Positions 58,826 through 64,000 of a DNA stretch of 64,000 nucleotides are shown in pieces. The notes below the pieces were generated by a model. The model searched no databases. It was given only the letters and a program-made list of their open reading frames with translations, and was not told the origin of the DNA. The stretch is from Candidatus Uhrbacteria bacterium. GTDB taxonomy: Bacteria > Patescibacteriota > Patescibacteriia > UBA9934 > GWF2-40-263. The first letter of the stretch is position 1. Each line of letters opens with the position of its first letter. The position numbers and the translations under genes were made by a program. Where the stretch lies: positions 32,147 through 96,146 of the forward strand of contig JACRJU010000010.1 of assembly GCA_016219925.1 (NCBI GenBank), written 5' to 3'.

Positions 58826-58881
58826 TCTAGATTTTCGACAACACTTCCCCTTTTTGCATCTGCACGCTAATGTGACACTAT

Positions 58882-59652
58882 ATGCGTATGCATTATTCGC
58901 CCGATGTCATGGCCGGACTTAGGGCTTTCGGACTTGACGAGAAAGATGTCAAAGTCTATTTGGCAGGCCTTGAGCTTGGACCATCGAGTGTGCTTGAACT
59001 TTCGCGCAGAACACAACTCGCTCGCACAACGCTCTATCCGATTCTGGAGCGTCTCGAACGACAAGGGGTCTTTCGTGTTGGGCTTGAGAAAAAAACAACC
59101 CTCTACATCGCCGAGCCCCCAGCGGTACTCCAGCGCCTGTTGGATGAGCGCGAGGGGGCCTTTGCCAAGGCGTTTCCTCTTTTGGAAGGACTGCGAGCTA
59201 CAGCGGACGATGCGCCCGGGGTGACGATCTACGAGGGATCGGATGGATTCAAGCGACTTTGGAAACAACTCCTGCGTAGTGGAGTTAAGGAATATCGATT
59301 GATCACCACCGGCGTTGGGCTCCTTGATTATGTGAAGGAACCGTATCTCATCAAACAAGTGATTGCGGAACGGCTTGAGCGCGGCATCAAAAGCAAGCAA
59401 CTCATCCCCATGAGCCGTGACGCTAAAAAAATTGTCGAAAAAGATCCCTCTGAACTTCGAGAATCTCGATTTTTGCCCGCGGGCACAACCCTCCCAGCAA
59501 CCGTGATCATTTTTGCCGGCAACATCGCCTTTATTACAACCCGAAAAGAAAACACGATGATCGTTCTGACCTCCGGCGATATTGCTCTGACTTACGCAAC
59601 GCTATTTGATTTGATTTGGGATAAGGCCAATCAAAACCATATCGAGTTTTAA
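58882..59652 (+). CDS. TrmB-family HTH transcriptional regulator
   Basis: N-terminal wHTH 'DVKVYLAGLELGPSSVLELSRRTQLARTTLYPILERLERQGVF', C-terminal TrmB-like domain. Confidence 0.55.
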   Translation: MRMHYSPDVMAGLRAFGLDEKDVKVYLAGLELGPSSVLELSRRTQLARTTLYPILERLERQGVFRVGLEKKTTLYIAEPPAVLQRLLDEREGAFAKAFPLLEGLRATADDAPGVTIYEGSDGFKRLWKQLLRSGVKEYRLITTGVGLLDYVKEPYLIKQVIAERLERGIKSKQLIPMSRDAKKIVEKDPSELRESRFLPAGTTLPATVIIFAGNIAFITTRKENTMIVLTSGDIALTYATLFDLIWDKANQNHIEF

Positions 59653-59676
59653 GACGTTTTTTGATACACTCTGGGC

Positions 59677-62325
59677 ATGTCTGAATCGACTCCCCTTTTT
59701 TTGATTCTCGACGGCAATGCGCTTTTGCACCGCGCCTGGCACGCCATCCCCCCTCTGACGACAAAAGACGGGCTGGTTGTGAATGCGGCGTATGGATTTA
59801 CGATGGTGATCGAGAAAATGCGCGAGCAGTTTAAGCCGGATTACATGGCGGTTGCCTGGGATTTGCCAGGCAAGACGTTTCGGCATGAAAAGTTTGAAGC
59901 TTACAAAGCCACGCGCCAGAAAAAAGAACAAGAACTTTATGACCAAATTCCGATCATTCAGAAGATCCTTAAAGCGTTTTACATTCCTTCTTTTGAAGCG
60001 CCGGGGTTTGAGGCGGATGATTTGATCGGGACGCTCTGTGCGAAGGCTGAAAAAAAAGGCTATCGAACTCTTATTGTGACAGGTGATCTGGATGCGCTCC
60101 AGCTGGTTTCAAAAAAAACACAGGTTGTCTTTTTTCAAAAAGGCATTTCCGAAACGAAAACGTATGATGAGCCGGCTGTGCGTGAACGCTATGGCCTGAC
60201 TCCAACTGAACTCATAGATTACAAGGCATTGCGTGGGGATGTCTCGGACAATATTCCGGGCGTTTCTGGCATTGGAGAAAAAACAGCTGGTGCACTTGTT
60301 CAGACCTATGGTTCGCTCAAGGGGATTTTTACGGCGCTAAAAAAAGGAGAGATTGAAGAGAAAGTGGCAAAGAAACTGCGCGGACAGGAAAAGAACGCCG
60401 AGGATTCTCTCGAACTTGTGACGATTGTACGCGATGTTGATGTGCCGTTTCATTTTGATGCGGCCAAGACGCGCCAGCCGGATTGGGAGGCTCTTTTAGA
60501 TCAGTACCGCCAACTGGAATTTCGCACACTTCTTCGCAAGCATACGCAAGATCTTCTCGCGCCACCTCTAAAGACGTCTGGACGGACGACACCACAGGAA
60601 GTTCATATCGTGCGTGAACTTGATGATCTTAAAAACAGTCTTGCTCGAGTTACAACCCCTTGCGGTCTTCTGCTCGCAACACAACAACCAGATCTTTTTG
60701 GAGCGACGCTGGCCGCCTTGGCGTTGAGCGATGGAAAGCAAACCGTTGTTGTTACAAATCCTGCGGACAAACAAATGAAACTCATTGAGGCAAAACTTAA
60801 ATCGTCCAAACTTATCATCACACATGATCTAAAAACCACGTTGCATCAGTGCTCCCTCTTCTCCCCCTTCTTCCCCTTCCCTTCTTCTTTGTTCTTCGAC
60901 ATCATGCTCGCTTCCTATCTTCTCCATTCCGGTTCGCGCGCGCATGATCTTCCGACGATTATTTCTGACCAGCTGAACATCAAATTTCCAGAATTGCCGA
61001 TGGCGTATGCTTCGCAAAAAGATTATGAACGATTAGGTGCAGCTTCTGCCTTATTGCCCAAACTGGCCACAAAACTTCGGGAGGCTCTTCAAGCTTCTCA
61101 CATGGAGACGATTTTTGATGAGATTGAGATGCCGCTTATTCCCGTGCTCTATCGAATGGAACGTCGGGGCATCGAACTTGATACGGATGCACTCGGTCAT
61201 TTTTCCAAGCAATTGAAACAGCGCATTGAAGATTTGGAAAAACAGATCCACACGGCGGCAGGTGAAGATATCAACGTCAACTCCCCACTTCAGCTTGCAC
61301 AGGTTTTGTTTGAGACTCTCAAACTGCCGACCAAAGGAATCAAAAAAACCAAAGCGGGTTTTTCAACGGCGGCTTCCGAGCTGGAGAAACTGTGGGACGC
61401 GCATCCCATCATCCCGCTTATTTCCGAACATCGTGAATTAGCTAAACTTCAGTCGACGTATGTGGAGGCTTTGCCTAAACTGGTAGACCGCGAGGGCCGA
61501 GTGCACACGACGTATCATCAAACCGTGGCCGCCACAGGCCGACTGTCTTCTTCCGATCCCAATTTGCAAAACATTCCGATCAAGACGGAATTGGGGCGCG
61601 AGATTCGAAAAGCGTTTGTGGCGCCTCGGGGCAAACGGCTTTTGAGCGCGGATTATTCACAGATCGAGTTGCGTCTTGCCGCGGTGATTGCCAAGGATCG
61701 TCCGTTCATTGATGCGTTTCGCGATGGAGCGGATATCCATACGCGTACGGCCGCGGAAGTTTTTGAGATTACAGAGGAAGCTGTGACTAAAGAACAGCGT
61801 CGCGCGGCCAAGGCGATCAATTTTGGGATTCTCTATGGGATGGGACCACGTTCCCTTTCACGTTCGACTAACCTGTCTCTTTCACAAGCCAAGGAGTTCA
61901 TTGAACGCTATTTTGAAATTCATTTTGCGATCAAAAATTATTTGGACGAGACCAAAACAAAGGCGCATGTAGATGGATATGTGGAAACGCTTTTCGGACG
62001 GCGCCGCTCGTTTCCAGAGATTCAGTCGGGCGTGCCGATGCTCGTAGCGCAGGCCGAACGCATGGCCATCAATATGCCGATTCAGGGAACGGCTGCGGAC
62101 ATTATGAAAAAAGCGATGCTTTCCGTTGATGGGTGGCTTTCACAAAGCGGCTTGCCCGCGGCGATTCTTCTTCAAGTGCATGATGAGCTTGTCTTGGAGG
62201 TGGAAAAAGAAGCGGTTGAGGCGGTGGGACATGGAGTAAAGGAAATGATGGAAGGTGTGGCCAGTTTTGAGGTGCCGCTTATTGTGGATGTGGAAGTGGG
62301 GACGAATTGGGGAGAGATGAAATAA
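59677..62325 (+). CDS. polA: DNA polymerase I (5'-3' exonuclease + polymerase; 3'-5' exo domain apparently degenerate)
   Basis: 5' nuclease 'LILDGNALLHRAWHA', polymerase motifs 'RRAAKAINFGILYGMG', 'LLQVHDELVLE'. No DxE Exo I motif. Confidence 0.9.
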   Translation: MSESTPLFLILDGNALLHRAWHAIPPLTTKDGLVVNAAYGFTMVIEKMREQFKPDYMAVAWDLPGKTFRHEKFEAYKATRQKKEQELYDQIPIIQKILKAFYIPSFEAPGFEADDLIGTLCAKAEKKGYRTLIVTGDLDALQLVSKKTQVVFFQKGISETKTYDEPAVRERYGLTPTELIDYKALRGDVSDNIPGVSGIGEKTAGALVQTYGSLKGIFTALKKGEIEEKVAKKLRGQEKNAEDSLELVTIVRDVDVPFHFDAAKTRQPDWEALLDQYRQLEFRTLLRKHTQDLLAPPLKTSGRTTPQEVHIVRELDDLKNSLARVTTPCGLLLATQQPDLFGATLAALALSDGKQTVVVTNPADKQMKLIEAKLKSSKLIITHDLKTTLHQCSLFSPFFPFPSSLFFDIMLASYLLHSGSRAHDLPTIISDQLNIKFPELPMAYASQKDYERLGAASALLPKLATKLREALQASHMETIFDEIEMPLIPVLYRMERRGIELDTDALGHFSKQLKQRIEDLEKQIHTAAGEDINVNSPLQLAQVLFETLKLPTKGIKKTKAGFSTAASELEKLWDAHPIIPLISEHRELAKLQSTYVEALPKLVDREGRVHTTYHQTVAATGRLSSSDPNLQNIPIKTELGREIRKAFVAPRGKRLLSADYSQIELRLAAVIAKDRPFIDAFRDGADIHTRTAAEVFEITEEAVTKEQRRAAKAINFGILYGMGPRSLSRSTNLSLSQAKEFIERYFEIHFAIKNYLDETKTKAHVDGYVETLFGRRRSFPEIQSGVPMLVAQAERMAINMPIQGTAADIMKKAMLSVDGWLSQSGLPAAILLQVHDELVLEVEKEAVEAVGHGVKEMMEGVASFEVPLIVDVEVGTNWGEMK

Positions 62326-62329
62326 GGGT

Positions 62330-63307
62330 ATGTTGATTTTGATTTATGGCGACGATACCTTTCGAGTGCAAGAAAAAGTGCGCCACATGCGGCAGGCGTT
62401 TTTGGATAAGTTTGATAAGTCCGGGATGAATCTTGCCGAGTTTCCCGTGAAAGGCTCGAGTGCGATTGTGGCGTCAGAGGTTTTGCAAGCCGCTTGTTCC
62501 TATCCTTTTTTATCACCCAAACGCATGGTGATTGTTGAGGGGCTCATCAGCGCAACAAAAAAGGATGAACAATCGGTGTGGGTTCAGGGCTTAGCGCGCA
62601 TTCCGCAGTCAACGATCGTGGTGCTTTGGGAATCTATCGAACCGGCCGCACTGGAGAAGAAACCATTTTTTAAAGAACTTTTGAAAATGGCCGAAGTGCA
62701 CACCTACCCTTTTGTGAACCTTCAAGGTCCAGCTCTTTCAAAATGGGCGAGCGACCGTGTGGGGGCAAGAGGCGCTCGAATGAGTCGAACCGCTTTGCAG
62801 GAGTTGGTGACGCGCGTCGGAGGTGACCTTTGGCGTTTGTCGCAAGAAATTGAAAAGCTCATTGCGTATGCAAGCGGTCAGGAGGTGACCAAAGAAATGG
62901 TTGAGGCACTCGTCGAGGCTTCTTTTGAAGGAAAAATTTTTGAGTTGATGGACGCCATTTCTAAAAGACAACCCGCTCGTGCTTTACAGTTGCTAAAGCA
63001 GGAGCGACTTTCTGGAAATGATGATCACTATGTGCTGACTATGCTCGGACGGCAGGTGCGCATTTTGCTGAGCACCCGCTGTTTCCTGGATGAACATCCG
63101 GGAGCGAATAAAAATCAAGTTGCCGAAGCGATCGGTGTTCATCCTTTTGTGGCGAGCAAAGCCGTTGAACAAGCGCGCTTGTTTTCTTTTGATCATTTAA
63201 GCAAAGCACACGATCTCTTATTCTCGTTTGATCAAAAACTAAAGACCGGTCGCATCAGCGCCGGTCTTGCGGTTGATTTGATCGTCGATCACTTTACGCA
63301 TTCTTGA
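62330..63307 (+). CDS. holA: DNA polymerase III delta subunit
   Basis: 'MLILIYGDDTF', size 325 aa and position after polA. Confidence 0.65.
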   Translation: MLILIYGDDTFRVQEKVRHMRQAFLDKFDKSGMNLAEFPVKGSSAIVASEVLQAACSYPFLSPKRMVIVEGLISATKKDEQSVWVQGLARIPQSTIVVLWESIEPAALEKKPFFKELLKMAEVHTYPFVNLQGPALSKWASDRVGARGARMSRTALQELVTRVGGDLWRLSQEIEKLIAYASGQEVTKEMVEALVEASFEGKIFELMDAISKRQPARALQLLKQERLSGNDDHYVLTMLGRQVRILLSTRCFLDEHPGANKNQVAEAIGVHPFVASKAVEQARLFSFDHLSKAHDLLFSFDQKLKTGRISAGLAVDLIVDHFTHS

Positions 63308-63563
63308 TTGCGTTGATCTTCTGCATCATGCGCGATTTAAATCGCGCGACAGTATTTTTCTTAAGGACTTTCTTGGCCAGCGCTTTGTCCAGCTTTTTGC
63401 CGACGATGTGGTAAAGCTCGAGAGCTTCTTTTGCCTGCTTCGCGGTGAGCGCTTTGCGCAACTTCACACGCAAGGAGTGGATTTCAGCCTGAACCAATTT
63501 ATTTCGTGTGGCTCGCTGAACACTCTGGCGCAGGGCTTTTTTTGCATTTTGGAGATTTGGCAT
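63294..63563 (-). CDS. rpsT: 30S ribosomal protein S20
   Basis: 'MPNLQNAKKALRQSVQRATRNKLVQAE'. Confidence 0.9.
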   Translation of the reverse strand: MPNLQNAKKALRQSVQRATRNKLVQAEIHSLRVKLRKALTAKQAKEALELYHIVGKKLDKALAKKVLKKNTVARFKSRMMQKINAIKNA

Positions 63564-63620
63564 AGAAGTAGATGAACGCGGCTAGTATAAATGAACCAGA
63601 CAAGCTGTCAACCCTTAGGC

Positions 63621-64000
63621 TTATTCTTCAGCGACAACAACCATATCGATTTCGACAGGGTCGAGCTGTTTACCTGATGAACCGTCTGTGATTTTATAGA
63701 TATCCTTATCGATTTTTTTGAGTTCGCTGGATGAGGCCGAGTAGGCCTTTACGGTTGTCTCAAGATGTTTGCCCAAGCGATTATGATGATCTTCGTAGGC
63801 CTTCATATGGCGCATCAGTAATTCGGTGTGTTTTTGAATGTCCTTTACAGATTCCTCAATTTGCAAAGCCTTGAGTCCCAAGATAACAGTTTGAAGATAG
63901 GCAAAAAATGACGTTGGCGAAACTATCATGACATTTTTTTCAAAAGCGTACTCGATCAGATTTCTTGTGTTGACTTTCACCGCGCCGACATCTGCAGAAA
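63621..64000 (-). CDS. rmuC: DNA recombination protein RmuC, C-terminal part; gene continues past the window end
   Basis: 'NVMIVSPTSFFAYLQTVILGLKALQIEESVKDIQKH' is RmuC C-terminal-like. Open frame reaches position 64000. Confidence 0.6.
   Translation of the reverse strand, partial: SADVGAVKVNTRNLIEYAFEKNVMIVSPTSFFAYLQTVILGLKALQIEESVKDIQKHTELLMRHMKAYEDHHNRLGKHLETTVKAYSASSSELKKIDKDIYKITDGSSGKQLDPVEIDMVVVAEE

Overview
The window reads as a ~50% GC bacterial chromosome segment that includes the replication-origin neighbourhood. Recognised genes include rpmH-rnpA-yidD divergent from dnaA-dnaN, polA, holA, rpsT, rpsO, pnp, tig, a proton pyrophosphatase, rnhB, lspA, a DksA/TraR protein, XerC/D, a NifS-NifU-ferredoxin Fe-S cluster, a complete Liv-type ABC transporter and PBP1A. 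An envelope-glycan block (GalU, a Wzx-like flippase, an O-antigen-ligase-like protein) is also present.

The gene content looks like a Candidate Phyla Radiation/Patescibacteria-type genome. The supporting observations are an array of six tandem TrbC/VirB2-like pilin paralogs, tRNAs with encoded CCA, and many 'ATGA' start/stop overlaps. I could not run any homology search, so this is pattern recognition only.

Four tRNAs were found by eye: Ser-CGA, Cys-GCA, Arg-TCT and His-GTG.

The most unusual signal is five short, sharply bounded islands of much higher GC, roughly 65-70% by eye, with GC-rich third codon positions. They sit in the ~50% GC background at about 12.36-14.09 kb, 15.6-17.6 kb, 52.8-53.2 kb, 54.2-55.2 kb and 57.56-58.76 kb. 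Each island carries one or two intact genes: a lipoprotein plus a secreted coiled-coil protein, a 666-aa polytopic membrane protein, a thioredoxin, an MBL-fold hydrolase and a 345-aa unknown protein. Four have their own hairpin-plus-T-run terminator immediately downstream; no terminator was seen after the thioredoxin. The last island is bracketed by repeated copies of the 3' end of tRNA-His, an integration-site signature.

Other points worth a second look are repeat-rich and hairpin-rich intergenic regions at 17.6-18.0 kb, 20.1-20.2 kb, 44.0-44.6 kb and 57.25-57.5 kb; the 44.0-44.6 kb region carries two perfect DnaA boxes. There is also a CBM9/DOMON-like gene inserted inside the liv operon and a divergent protein-kinase-like gene lying between two islands. 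Two long polypyrimidine tracts lie in-frame inside coding genes.
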